A stretch of 64,000 bases of DNA from positions 1 to 64,000 of the forward strand of contig MU619343.1 of NCBI GenBank assembly GCA_025201805.1, read 5' to 3'. Positions 28,968-42,403 of the stretch are shown one piece after another (positions within the stretch are counted from its first letter, which is position 1; every line of letters starts with the position of its first letter). Source of the DNA: Parasitella parasitica NRRL 2501 (Eukaryota > Fungi > Mucoromycota). Below the pieces are notes generated by a model. The model was given only the letters and a program-made list of their open reading frames with translations. It searched no databases and had not been told where the DNA came from. Made by a program: the position numbers and the translations under genes.

Positions 28968-29558
28968 GTTGATAAATAAGTGTTGTTTATAATTGAAATG
29001 TACAGAAAAGAAGAAGGAGTACTCTTTGTTACAAGGCCTTTTTATATACAGGTAGAAGGATATTATTATGCGACACAATTTCAGTCTGCCCAAGACTTTA
29101 GGCCCGGGGAGTTAATATTCTCCGTGAATAATAACATTAATCCGAAAGGATATTGGCAAATACCATGAGTTGATGTCGAATTTCGCGTTGTACTATGACT
29201 TTTGTTTTACATGTAACCTGGATCACCTGGACATTTGGGGAGAATTTACTGTACAACTTTTTGTTCCTTAGCCAATTGCGGGAATAACCTCTAGGCTATT
29301 GGCCAAGTGCAACATTTTAAACATACTGAGCCATTGACCGTTCAACCTACGCCGTTTGTCTTGGAACTTGAAATTCTAATGTATAAAAAAAAAAAAATCA
29401 ACCACTCTGCAATTTGGTCCAGGAATTTTTCTTTGGTTTAGACCTTTAAGCAATTTTGGGTATGTAATGCAAGCATGGCGGTCACGGAAACATATGCAAT
29501 TTTTTTTTTCCTTGGACCAAAATGACAGAGCATCCCTTTTCTCAATATTCAAAAAGGC

Positions 29559-30145
29559 ATGGTTCGCTTCAAAAACCGTTGGGTATTATTCCAAATTGTC
29601 GAGGATCCTGCAATCGAGAATGGGAAGGTTGTATATCCAAAAACTGTATTTAGAGTGACGGACTACATGATTAGCAATGCTATTTTTAAAGCTATTGAAG
29701 TGAATTATGGTCATTTTGGCAAAGGACAAGGCAGTGTTACAGGTATGTAACTGTGCGATACAGCATCTGAAGGGAGCAAGCTGACATGTGCCCTACAGTC
29801 AAATGGTATAATCCGACCACACGCATTGGGATACTGCGAATTCCAAGAGACTTCACCGATATGTATTTGTCTACAATGTTTTTTATCAAGCAAATCGCAA
29901 CATTGCCTTGTAGCTTTAGTATATTGCACGTATCGGGCACAATCATCTTTATACAACAGGCCGCCATTGATTGGGACCGAAGGTTTTATCTAAAGGAACA
30001 GCAAGATGCAGAGAACAGAGGTATTTTTTTATTTTTTTTCAATTTTGAGAGTTGGATGGGTGATTGATTGGTGTTCGTAGGCGAGGTTTACAATTCTGTT
30101 GACAAAATCGAGGAATCTAAAAAGGCGCTTGCAGCGTTATCTTAG
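29559..30145 (+). CDS. POP5: RNase P/MRP subunit Pop5 (Rpp14/Pop5 family); 3 exons
   Basis: MVRFKNRW.., VKWYNPTTRIGILRIPRD, ILHVSGTI. Confidence 0.88.
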
Positions 30146-30829
30146 AAAATACAAAGAGCAGTAAAGGATAGATACCAAATGTAAATAAAAGCCATCAAGT
30201 TATATGACGATTATCAGTAGGTGGAGAGATCGATGCAAATATGAACATACCGAGTAGTTGAGGGTATGTTTCTTTGTAATTATAATTGCGTCATGAAGAG
30301 CAGAGTGAGCAAGACGGGCAAGAGGTTGTACGAGGACGTATCAAGAGTTGATACCATAAGACCTACCTTTTGGGTTAGGAAAAAGCTACTGCAAAATGAT
30401 TGATTGCTCCAAATTTGGTTGAAACTGTGTCATTTAGCAGTAGTACGACACTATTACTGGGTACTATGCTATGACATACCTGACGTTAGGCCACATAATG
30501 ACTGATATACTTGATACGCAGCTACATCATGCCATTCAAATGACTCAAATTTAAGCTTTTAATTTCCCTCTTCTTGAGCATGTACACTGAATCCGTGATC
30601 CCAGTATCCTGCCATCATGTTTATAATTTTCTCGCTGCATAAAATACCGGCAATTCGAAACATGTGCTGATTTTTTAAGTGCTAGGATATGTATCTTTAC
30701 TGATGAGATTCATGCACAATTGCATTCTATCATCAACCGTCCTTAACGTGACTGATGATCTTGTGGGCTGCTAGGTTGCGTCCGTATGAACGAGGGCAAG
30801 CTGTTGAATTTCCCTACCTTGTCGACAAC

Positions 30830-31435
30830 ATGAATGAATTTCCCGCCGGTTGGTTTTATATTGAATGTCCAAACCGACAAAATCAAGTCTTGACAGTATC
30901 CGAAATTTCGATGCAGGTTGCCTTGTTTTTTTTCTTCTTTTTTTTTCTTTTTCTGAAATACTAATAATGTTTATGATGCCATGAAACTAAAACGTAAACA
31001 AAAGCCTTCAATTAGAGTTGAATTACGCCCAAAAAAGATAGGAGGTCAGCATCGCCATCATCAATTGTGGTGCTACCACCAAGGATTCATAGTCAACAGG
31101 CATTCTGGTTGTGGTAAAATCTTGTATTAGTGGTTAATGAGTCGGCTTGAATTGATATTTCTCTTTTTATATACTTGTAGTGTTGGGCGTAGAAAAGGCC
31201 AAGACCGTAGATCAATGTGTATTCCAATCAAAACGCTTGCAACAAGGCGAAAGAAAGCAGACATGGCGCTTTGAAAACTCTAAACTGTTGCTATGCAACG
31301 GAGAAATGCGATATGCTCTTGTAAGTGCAAGATGACGTTACATCAACCAAAGAAACTTATATTGTTTAGAACGATTTGCAAGTACCTAAAATGGTTACGG
31401 AGGAAGAAGGCTGTGTTTATCTATTAAGCAATTAG
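30830..31435 (+). CDS. Ricin-B/CBM13 beta-trefoil lectin-like protein; multi-exon, 5' end uncertain (upstream exons likely)
   Basis: Spliced: FPAGWFYIECPNRQNQVLTV..HQLWCYHQGFIVNRHSGCVLGV..KQTWRFE with QxW repeats. Confidence 0.7.
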
Positions 31436-31703
31436 AGACATTTGATAAAAAAGCATAGCATAATACACTCCGTATTAGATTTACATAACAAACCTACATA
31501 AATTGGTTGTAAAAGAAAACGTCTGCATTCGACTCTTTTGTATAGAAATATCTGGTGATTTGTGAGCGTGTGTGGTTTTGCTTGCTGATTTATACGCAAC
31601 CCCCTTCCTTCAAACTCTTTTTTTTTTTTTTTTCCTCTCTTTCACATTTTTTCTTTTCACTTTTATTTTTTACTTTTTTTCCTGTTTTTCTTTTGCTTAT
31701 ATC

Positions 31704-32871
31704 ATGAAAATAATGTATTATAAAAGCCTGTTTTCCTTTTTTCTTTTCTTATTTGTAATTAATATGTGCCAAGCAACGATCACCATTCTTGTAAGTAGAC
31801 TATAATCATGGCACAAGTACAATTCGCTGACAAAAAATGAAATAAAAATTGAAGGAATCAAACGACACTCTTGTGGATCGCATAGCAGCGTTTGGGCCTA
31901 GGATTGACGGGGAGATAGGTATTACAGGCATTTTGTTGGCACCGCCAGGCGCAAACGATTCTTTTGGCTGTATCTCTGTCCCAAACCCACACATCTGCAA
32001 TTGGATCGCACTGGTCGAACGAGGTCAATGCTCATTTTTACAAAAGGTAAAGACCATGCAGGACAGTGGAGCCATTGCTGTCATTGTAGGCGATAAGCAT
32101 TTCAATGGTTGGGTGACAATGTATGCTCCAGGTAAGCTTTAATTTTTTTTTTTTTTTTAAAAAAAGGGAGGGATTTGTTTTTCAATATTTCTCATAATAC
32201 AAACCAGGTGATACCTCTGATGTACATATTCCAAGTGTTTTTGTAGCACAACATCAATATAAAGCTCTGTTGCAATTATTTGAGACTACAAATCCTGATG
32301 CGCCCGTCGCCATAAGATTATCAGGGGACGATCTGTTGACATGGTATTTATAGACACTGACTTGATTTCAAGAAGCCATGTAGAGAACTCATTGCTTGCT
32401 TTCCAGGCCGCTTTTAGACATGCTGCTAGTAGTTGTGCTATCGCCCGCTGTGATGATGCTGTTTATCTATCTCACTTGGCAATTAAGACAAAGACAGCGT
32501 AAAAAAAACGACATTGCTCCCACCAACTTTGTTGCCAAGTTACCAATGTACATATTTCGCCGTGAGAAAATTGTAGATATTGAACATACTGAATGTGCCA
32601 TTTGTCTTGAAGATTATGTCGAAGGTGATCAGCTAAGGACTTTGCCGTGCAAACATGAATTTCATGCTAAATGCGTCGATGCATGGTTAACGTCACACAA
32701 GAAGTTTGTAAGTGTTATCTTGGCACCCAATATTTGCTGAAGATGTCTAACCGCTGGTCTAATGTGTAGTGCCCTATTTGTAAATTTGACATTTGCCAAA
32801 AGACTGAATCATCGAAATCAAACAACTCATCGATACCCCCAAGTGAACGCACTCCGCTTCTAAATGCATAA
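31704..32871 (+). CDS. PA-domain, transmembrane RING-H2 E3 ligase (RNF13/RMR-like)
   Basis: Signal peptide, [32 protein letters not shown] segment, [29 protein letters not shown]-terminal ERTPLL dileucine signal. Confidence 0.92.
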
Positions 32872-34028
32872 TTTCCCCTCTTGTTCATTTCTTTTTATAC
32901 ATATATCATGTGTAAGCAAATTATTAAATGTATAATGAGTACTTTACATTTGATACATGGATCTGAAAAAATCATGTAAAACAAGATAAAATAGATAATA
33001 TTTAATGATCTGCATAGCTAGCATATGAATGTCATTATGGAAATATATGTATTAATTCTTGTTTGTGATATCTAACTGCTGCAAGATGATTTGTTTGTCA
33101 ACCAAGAAATTTACATATTTTTGGATGCATCAAAAGCCACTCAATAACACTTGATCAGATATGCTTCCACCTCTTGCGATATATCACTATCATGGTGACA
33201 GGCTATGAGATTTGTAATTTGACCTACCAATAAGAGAAGAACTACATAAACGCCATATGCAATTGCTTGATACGGTTTTGAGGGATTCAGCTGTGTTGCA
33301 ATGGCTCTAGAGGTAGCCACCAGCATTGCATAGCATACCATGGTTGTTGAGCGAGACAAATGAGCACAGCTCTTGCAATAATGAAATGATGGTCATGCAA
33401 AATGAGTTCACCTGGTTTGCTGTTGGTTTCTTCTCCCGTGTCTTGTTTGTTCATCGCAGTGTTATGTTATGATTAGTTGAGAATAAGACTTGCTGCTGTT
33501 AATCCTCCCATATTTGTGGTATCTTGTGCGTCGATTTAGCACTAACCCGAAACCTGTGAACTAATTACAGCTTAATCATTGTATATGCCAACTTTTTGTT
33601 GTTGAGGTGTGGGACAATAGGGCTTTTAAATATGCTAAGGGTTATATGTATATGGCGTGCAGAAAAAAAAATTGTTTTGATATGATGATGTTTAGAAGAA
33701 AGTTGGCCATTGTCTCATCACATCATAAGAAATGCATATCACAAAATCAAGCTTTCAACGTACAAATCAGCTACTATGGTTGGCAATTTTGGCAAAAGAC
33801 GTTGGGAAAAGCAGCTTGTCAAACTCTTAAATGCGTATTTGAATCAGAAATTCTTGCTAAATGGTTCAATGACCCTTTATCTTTATCTTTACTGACTGGA
33901 TTAGTGGCTGTGGATGAGATATTTGTAAAATGGCATTCGGGTACAAGTGATTTATTAAGCTGTAATTTTTTTTTTTTTTTTTTTTTTTGCTGTAAATAGT
34001 TTGGTTATCATGTTACACTGGCGATATT

Positions 34029-35962
34029 TTACCGGGAGATCAATTTAGTGTTGTTGTTGTTATTCAATGTTGTTGCTGCAACAGCTGACACGACTGTTGC
34101 TGGAGCGGATGCGGATGAAAGAAAAGACTTCTAATGGCGAAAGAGTGTTATCCAGGGCTGGTCTGCTTATGAAGCACAATTTACCTTCATGAATAAATAC
34201 TCGTTTTCTAATTCTTCCTCTTCTATCGAAGATATGGTGTGAATATTTGGAAGTGTGCTTGGTCGTACTAGAAAAAAAAAAGTGGGATTTAAGCTTTTAG
34301 GTTGTTTCTTGTACATACGATGGAAATAAAATTACCTGCTTTTCTTTTGGATGTGGGCTCTGCTGGTTTAACAATGGCAGATTCGGCGTTTCTTTTTCTC
34401 AGGTTGCGCTTTGCTCTGGTGTGGTTGTTAGGAGGCTCTTCCTCGTTGTTGTCTTCGCGATCCTCTCTCATCTGCTTTCTTTTGTCCTCGATGGAATTGA
34501 TTAGAGTATCCTCTATTTGCTTTCGCTCATTCTAATAAATAAAAGGCTAATGAATAAAACAAAGCGCCTCAAAGACAAAGAAGCAGAAAACTAACCTCGT
34601 ATTCGTCTTCCAACGCATTCAGGTCTTGGTCGTAAAATGTATCTATAAATTCAATCTGATACTTCATAAATGATTCAGCATCATGGATGGATTTTTCTCG
34701 CTTCATTTCATAGTCAGTCATGATTTCCCTGAATGCCGAATGAGTTCCTGTAGTGAAAAATTTTAATACGAGGCCATTTGTCTTTTTCCCCGTGAAAAAG
34801 ACCGATACCTTTCTGGAGCTGTGCTAATTCTTGCTTTAGTTGGCATATTTTATCTTGATAGATTCTATCAACTGGTTTAGACATGATGTCTGAGTGCACG
34901 TGCCATGGGGTAAAACTTACTCGTCTGATCGTTCCCAAAATTCATTATCCATCCAAGTCATCAGATCATTGTACTCTTTTCTTGCGCTTGACTTGGTAGC
35001 ACTGAGCTTGTCTATCCCAAACAATTTAAAACAAAGCGCCAACAATAAATAGTAAAAATAGACTTACCCTGCCATTTGTTTGGATGGCTGACAGGCTGTA
35101 CACTGCGATCGTCTTCGATGACAGGACGGTCATAGAAAGGAGAGCCAGCACGCTGAGGTGGGGAATTGGGTTTAATGTGATACAGAGGATGGTTACTGTG
35201 ATGCATTTGTTGTTGCTGTTGCTGTTGAAAAGGATTGGGAGGCGGAGGCAGTGGTTGTGGTGACCGGTGTTGTTGTTGCTGCTGCTGCTGCTGCTGCTGT
35301 GGTGGTGGTGGTGGTGGTTGCTGATGATGATGGTGATGATAGTGATGAGTAGGTGTTGGAATGCTGCTTGCCTGAGGAGGGGCAGCAACAGTAGTAGACT
35401 GCTGTTGTGCCGGCGGAAGGGGAGTGTACCATGAGGCTTCTTTTTTCTTTTCCAAGACTGGTAAAACATTGGGTTGCTGGAAGCCCGCTTTAGGTATATT
35501 CTCTTTCTTTGCCGTGGAAGCAGAAGACGAGTACAAGAAGGACGGAGGAGGTAGAATAGGAATATTGCTTGAGCTAGGCGATGGAGATGGCTGTCGCGAA
35601 TAATAAGGAGGCGTGTTAAAATTGCCATTTGAAGCATTTGACTTGTAGAAATTATCATTTGATGATGATGGTGGTGGTGTGGATGACGATGATGGCTGTA
35701 GAGCATCGCTGCCGCTGCTGAAGCCAAATAGTTTATTGTTCAAAAGAGGAGCCAGCGCTGAAATGCTACCATTGCCCTGTTGCTGCTGCTGCTGCTGCTG
35801 GTTTTGATGTAGTGATGAGGACGGCTGTACTGCTTGCTGGGATTGTGTGACAATGGATCCTGAGGCCGTCTGCGGCAGTGCTGATGGAGGAGGGGGAGAC
35901 CTTGGTAATGAATAGTAATCGGCGCCTGCCTGAGCAACAATGTATCCAAACTGAGGCAGCAT
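34029..35962 (-). CDS. Sds3/Dep1-like Sin3-Rpd3L subunit with long Q/P/H-rich N-terminus
   Basis: Spliced coiled coil YQDKICQLKQELAQLQKG|THSAFREIMTDYEMKRE..ERKQIEDTLINSIEDKRKQMRED..RAKRNLRKR, typical of the Sds3 family. Confidence 0.75.
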
Positions 35963-36144
35963 TGTGTGTAAAGTAAAGAGTTGTAGCAGTGAAAAAGAAG
36001 GGGGTTAAAACCAGCCAACCGGAGTTATAGAATCCAAACAAGAAGAAGGAAAAAAAAAAAAAAAGAAAGGGAAACAAAGATCGACATTTTTATTATTCAT
36101 AGAATGTTTATTATTATTCGGGCAAGTCTGGGCGGTCACATAAA

Positions 36145-37314
36145 TCATTGTCTATTTAGGTTGCCTGAATGTCTCCAACTGAGAGGCCTTGTTGTGCCCA
36201 GCGCAGCAGATTCATGATAGTCTGGCGTAGTCAGATAAACGACACTGGCTCGACTGTCCTCGACTAATCTTGAAGTGGACGCAGTGTCATCCTGATGCTG
36301 CATCATTTGATACTTTTTCAAGAATTCATCATTGTCGCCAAAGAATTTAGCCGCTTTCTCATGCTCTTTCTTGGACTGGTATCGATGTAAAATCCAGAGA
36401 AACCCTAATATGACGGTTACAAATACTAGCACGGAGCATCCCAGCACTGCCCACAGCCAATTGGCAATTTTATGGAATACATCCGGCCCATTTATGCATG
36501 TTCCGTCATCTGTGCAATAGCCAGTGATACATTCTCGGTCCTGCCAGCAGCTGGATCCTACAGGGTTCGACACTGCACAAAGGTGGTTGTCACACCAGCT
36601 CCCCTCAGTGCAATTGTCTCGGATGATTGTCTGCTGAACCGCCAATCCTTTTGCATCATATGATACGTAATCTGTCCTGTCTTATTTGTTAATTATCTTG
36701 GTATGCTCGCCCCTTTTTGTCTCTACCATGGTTACCTGTCTGAGCCACAATTACCACCTAAAGGTGCCCCTTTGATGAAACATGTCGAATTTAAGCAGAT
36801 GGACTCTTTCCCGGCACATTCATCATCTCTTTGCTGCAGTAGTCTTAAATAAATAATGCAGGACAAAAAAAAAAAATTATAGTCTCACCAATTCGCAATG
36901 GCCACCCACCGGCACGAGTGAGGTACACTGCGCTCCATTGTCAGGGCAATACATTTGGTTGCTACATCGATTTGGAAATTTGTGTTCTTTTTCGTTCCAT
37001 CTGAGAACAAATTGTTAAATGGCATGGTTAGCAACAAAATATTCGTATAATTTACCCTTGGATATAATCGCTATTTGAGCATCCTTTGTAATTGCAAGTA
37101 TTGTTGCGGGATGAATCACAAAACAAGTACACACTGGCGCAAGAGTCGTCAAACTGCCAGGTTGCCCTGAGTATCTTGTTAATACAATGGACCCAGTGTT
37201 TGTCAAATCTACTCACGAATAAATGGGTGTTGAGTCACATAATTCTCCAAATTGCAAGCCGGACGTTGCTGAAATAATTATAGACAAAGCAACCAGTAAT
37301 ATAAACTTTATCAT
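36145..37314 (-). CDS. Cysteine-rich type I membrane protein, uncharacterised; 5 exons
   Basis: Signal peptide MIKFILLVALSIIISATSG, ectodomain with roughly 20 Cys, TM WLWAVLGCSVLVFVTVILGFLWIL, cytosolic tail. Confidence 0.85.
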
Positions 37315-38569
37315 ATCAGAGGATAACTAAGAAAAGAAAAGAAAAGGATACAAAAAGAGAGAAAGATCAGGAAATAGGAGAGATGCGCTTCTTTTTATAT
37401 TCTGTATTATTAAATATCTACATCCTTGTAAAAATAAAAATAAAAATAAAAGAGGACATGCCTTCTTTTATCTCTTGCGTTTGGATGTCGCCATGGCAAT
37501 GCAGCCAAAGATGTTGGTCAGAAGAAGAAAAAAGACACAATCCAGATCCTGTTCAATTTGTAGCATTATCATGTTCACCGTAACTGGTTGGTGTTTTTTT
37601 CGTCTATAACCATACACATCAACATGTTGCAACAAGACCTGGGCCGTATTAACATGTGTAATAAAATAGTCGCTTTCATTGGCTTGTAAAATAAAGGGGG
37701 GGCGATTGTTTTAATCAAGGTTGTTTATTATTTATTGATAATGTTGATCCTGCATGAGAGACAACATACAGTCAGCATGTATATTTAGGATTTGCTCTGT
37801 ACGATTTATTGATCCTTTTCGTCTTCTTCTTGCTCAAGAATTCAATGAAAAAATTCAAACTTGAGACGGCAACCATCAACATTTTCGACAGAACTAATTA
37901 TAGCTGCCGATCTGCCTATTATCGTTAAAGTTTTTGCAGCAATGATCCGTGACCGAATCACTCAAATGTTAAAAATGTCACATCATTGCTCATAAGAAGC
38001 AACACTACTGGCGAGCCTTTCACCATCACTACATACATATGAATTTGGTTTTGAAATATGCATACCAAGTTGATGTACGGTAGCAAACCTGATATAGACG
38101 CCGAGAAAATCAAAGATGTTGCTACCAGATGAACACAAACATTTGGTCATAGTATTTCGATTCTAATATTCATGTATTTTTTCTTTTAGAATAGGCATTG
38201 AGGCATTTGCATAAAACGTAATAATTATGACCCGAAATTTTGTGCATTGATAAAAGTGAGACGCCAAAGAACTTTAATCAGATATCCAAGCATAATGTGC
38301 AACTCTGCTCTTCGGATTGATGGATTTCTTTGCAATAGCAATAATATTTATTACTATAAAAATAGCATTCGTGTAGTGTTCTCTCTAAATAGCCCAAGCA
38401 TAAGAACTTTTTTATTTACATTTTGTTACAATTTATAACTTTGATATATGACGCATTGTTTAATTTCAAATGACAGTATTTAGTAGATAGGAATATAATA
38501 CAAATTGGACAAGGTAAAAAGGATACACATTTCGAATAAAAAAAAAAGGTTGTTGAATATTAAAATTAG

Positions 38570-39481
38570 CTACTTCTTCACTTGATATAGCCTGATTCCT
38601 TCGGGATTGTCACTTCCTCTTTCAATGTGGTTAATGTCTGCGCTTGATAATGATGAAGGTACTCGAGTAATTTTTAATTCTTCTTCCTCTTCGTGGCGTT
38701 TAGGGAGATAGTTTCCAATGAACAAAACATAATAGACAATAAAAGCGATTGCAATAGTAAGAGTATCAAATACATAGAATGCCCATTCAGTGGTTGCGAT
38801 AACACCATCATAGCCTCCAGCATATTCAGCAATACGATAAATGGAACGAACGTAAAGCAAGAAGAGAGTGATATAAAGACAAAGAGATAGTTTTGCTTTC
38901 GGGTTTGCTTGGCCTACTACTGAATATTGATACTTGGAACTACGGTGAACATAAATTGTGATGAACGCAAAAGAGCCAAAAAAGAAGAGCTGAACAATTA
39001 GACCAACAAGAGTAATAGTTTTACCTAATGCCGCCTTTTCGGCACTCATTGCTTGGAGACCACCACCACTGCCTTGAAGAAGAAACGCGAAAACATCACT
39101 GGAAAAGAAGAACCATGTAACAAACTTGGGCTTGAGCCAGAAACGAGATGGTGGAACGCGAGAAAGTCGGATCATTTCACCAGCGGCTTTATAATTGACC
39201 AAAGCAAGAGCATTTGGAGGTAAAAGTAGAAATAAGCTCATACCAATATATGTTCCCAAGGTTGTATGCTTTGCAGATAAAATACGGAAAATGTACCCGA
39301 CACTTTCCATTAGGCCTGTGATTCCCAATATGTAAAGAAAATGGCGACTTTTTGATGTATATACACGAACTAAAAGAGCAGCCGAGAGAAGAAGATACAC
39401 AACAAGGGAGGCTATAGCCAATGGTAAATTAGGGTAGTAATGGAAAAATCGTAAAGTATCGAGTTCTTCTTGAGTTGGCAT
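38570..39481 (-). CDS. RTA1-like 7-TM lipid-translocating exporter, paralogue 1
   Basis: FHYYP, MESVGYIFR, FFSSDVFAFLLQGSGGGL, VRSIYRIAEYAGG, EWAFYVFD. Confidence 0.93.
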   Translation of the reverse strand: MPTQEELDTLRFFHYYPNLPLAIASLVVYLLLSAALLVRVYTSKSRHFLYILGITGLMESVGYIFRILSAKHTTLGTYIGMSLFLLLPPNALALVNYKAAGEMIRLSRVPPSRFWLKPKFVTWFFFSSDVFAFLLQGSGGGLQAMSAEKAALGKTITLVGLIVQLFFFGSFAFITIYVHRSSKYQYSVVGQANPKAKLSLCLYITLFLLYVRSIYRIAEYAGGYDGVIATTEWAFYVFDTLTIAIAFIVYYVLFIGNYLPKRHEEEEELKITRVPSSLSSADINHIERGSDNPEGIRLYQVKK

Positions 39482-40988
39482 TTAAGATATAATAAGTGGG
39501 TTACAGGAACATTCTCACCAAGAAAAAATCCTGTTCTATTTATATTGAGCAACAAAAAAAGATATCAAAGTATTATGAAAAGCTTGCTCTCCGCTCAATA
39601 AGATTTGGTAAAGATCAAAAAAGTCTTGTATTTACTTGATCTATTAATTGGCATTCAGACATAGCTTAATCCCGCATTGAGGTACTATAATTTGCTCGAA
39701 TTACAAGTATTAAATGCTGATAGTAATCTGTGCCTGCAGTTTATTACTTTGTTGTAATATGTTAAATCAAAGAAATAAGCTCACATACACATGATGTATG
39801 AAACCTATCATTTGAAAGAAACAAAGGAGCGTTTAGATATATGATAAGGATATAACAGTATACACCATTCTATGCAAAGTTGACGTATTCAAAACACTTA
39901 TCTACGCAAATTGAATATCTGTCTCAAAGTCTGTAGTATGCACCCATCCTCAATTTGCCGATTATACAAACAATGCAATTAAGCAATTGTGAACAGCACT
40001 TAATCGACATTACTGCAGTAAAGCTCATTGATTTTGTCTTTTGGAGATTGGTTATGTGGAGTGAGTTAAGAAACTCTTGGCAGCTTTACTTCATTTCGAG
40101 CTCAGCGAATATACACCTCATTATCTGATTTTGCACCGAGTTCCATAAAATAATAATAGCTCTACATACTACAGGCAATAGATACCTTGCTTGATATTTA
40201 AAGCGTATACTGGATGATATAAATATCAGCAATTTTGATGTATAATTGTGCGTGGCGGTGTGTGTGTGACGCCAAGTCAATAATACAGAATTTACTAGGA
40301 AAGCTGTTTTCCTATCAAACGGCGGGCCGTCGACGCAACATCTCCTTTTAACTGGGACCAATCATTACTAGGAATTCGGGCGATAATCGGCACGAGATTG
40401 CAAAACTATGTGTTTCACAGATTCCAATCAATTGGAAATTGGGATTAATTCCAGGGCAAAAGTCTATCAGTCGTTCATCACGAGTTTCTAGTGTCAATCA
40501 ATCAAAGGTAAACGAATTTGATTATATATTTCGAAATACAAATATACATGTTTAAATGTTTTCAAGATTAGCTCACGTCTACGGTTTTCTTTAAAAAGTT
40601 CGGAGCTTGACCCATTGATCAAAACAGAGGGATATGAGTATAAATAGATCAATATTTCCCTGTTTTGAAAGGGCATTTGCTGCTATCACAACATGTGGAA
40701 TAGTGGATAGCATTTAGAACGACCTATTGCCTCAAACACCGCGTACAAGTACATTATTTGTCAGAATGCACCTGGGATCAAGCTTGTTCCCAGTGTTATA
40801 TCTTGAAGGTATACAAGGATGTATAATAAGCCAGTTCCACCAATATTAGTGTAACAAAATTTACAAGTATTTAATCGGGCAAACTCTTTTTCACTGTTCT
40901 TGGGGTTTTTTACATCTTCTTCTTATCACAAACTAATACCGGCTATTACGCTAATCACATACCTGAAGCATCGACACACATTTACACA

Positions 40989-41870
40989 ATGGATACTATA
41001 CTGAATAACAATGGTGTGTCTCTGGCAATGAGATTGTTTCACTACGTTCCAGAGCTGGCTCCAGCTGCTGTGGCATTAGCGCTCTATGGTGTAGTCGCAA
41101 TTTACCTGACTGTTCGTATATATATCTCTAAAAGTCCAAGGTTCCTGTACATCCTAGCATTTACTGCGCTTATGGAAGTAATTGGCTTTGCCATCCGAAT
41201 CTTGTGTCATTTCTACACTGATTTAGGGAGATACATAGGCATGACAATGTTTTTGTTGCTTGCACCCAATGCTTTGGCTCTGGTCAATTATAAAGCCGTT
41301 GGTGAAATCATTCGTTTATCAAACGCAGAGACAAACAAATTCTATCTTCGACCTAAATTTGTCACTTGGTTCTTCTTTAGCAGCGACATCTTTTCATTCT
41401 GTCTACAAGGAGCAGGCGGCGGCTTGCAATCTACTATGAATTACAACGATATAGGTATTGCTGTCACCTTGGTGGGTTTGGCTCTTCAGCTCTTCTTTTT
41501 TGCCTGTTTTGCAGCAATCACATTTTATGTTCAACGCAATCCACAGTATCAATATTACGTGCAAGGACAGCCCAATGCCAAAAACAGATTGATTCTTTGT
41601 CTGTATGTCACAATTGCACTGATCTACATTCGCTCAATTTACCGTGTTGCCGAGTATGCTACTGGATATGGTGGACCCATTGCCAGATTAGAATGGGCTT
41701 TCTACGTATTTGATACTATTGTCATTTACCTTAGTTTTATCGTATACTGTGTCTTCTTCATTGGAAATTATCTACCAAAGCGCAATGCCACTACCCAATT
41801 CCATGTCGATAATTCTAGTTCAAGCAGTCAAACAGAAAAAGGAGATGTCGAGATGGCTCATAAATTATAG
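40989..41870 (+). CDS. RTA1-like 7-TM lipid-translocating exporter, paralogue 2
   Basis: FHYVP, MEVIGFAIR, FFSSDIFSFCLQGAGGGL, IRSIYRVAEYATG, EWAFYVFD. Confidence 0.93.
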   Translation: MDTILNNNGVSLAMRLFHYVPELAPAAVALALYGVVAIYLTVRIYISKSPRFLYILAFTALMEVIGFAIRILCHFYTDLGRYIGMTMFLLLAPNALALVNYKAVGEIIRLSNAETNKFYLRPKFVTWFFFSSDIFSFCLQGAGGGLQSTMNYNDIGIAVTLVGLALQLFFFACFAAITFYVQRNPQYQYYVQGQPNAKNRLILCLYVTIALIYIRSIYRVAEYATGYGGPIARLEWAFYVFDTIVIYLSFIVYCVFFIGNYLPKRNATTQFHVDNSSSSSQTEKGDVEMAHKL

Positions 41871-42403
41871 GCAAATATTTTCGAGTGCATTTGTACAATT
41901 AAATAATAGTTTTGTTGGTCTGAATAGATTGTATTCCTTTACTCTGGTAGGACATTATAAATAAAAAGCATACGCACTTACAACAACATTTTGTCAACTA
42001 ACCTTGTGTCCATAAAATTGGGTTGATTTAAAGAAATGGTTTTTGGATATATAGCTTAAATTGCTTGCAATGAAGCGCAACAAGACGGTATATTACATAA
42101 AGACAGTTCGAGAATGGCAATCAGCTTACTATTGTTTTCATCTTTTTTTTAAAAAAAATAAAAATTAGACGACGTATTATACAGTATGTATATCGAGCTG
42201 TAGCAAACAAACAAGTCTATTGATAGCAGCTCACCGCAGTAACATGATGATCATGCCAGGTAAAGATCAGTTGACTCGTGTAATTTAAGTGTTTGTGTTT
42301 ATACGATATGCAAGCTACTGTATATACATGGATATGTGTTTATTTATTCCAAAAGTAACCGAAAGAAAAAAAAAAAGAATGGAACTGTCAAAAAGCAAGC
42401 CTT

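Noticed and set aside
37200-37225. Apparent premature TGA in the Cys-rich membrane gene
   Set aside because: It is part of a GTGAGT intron donor
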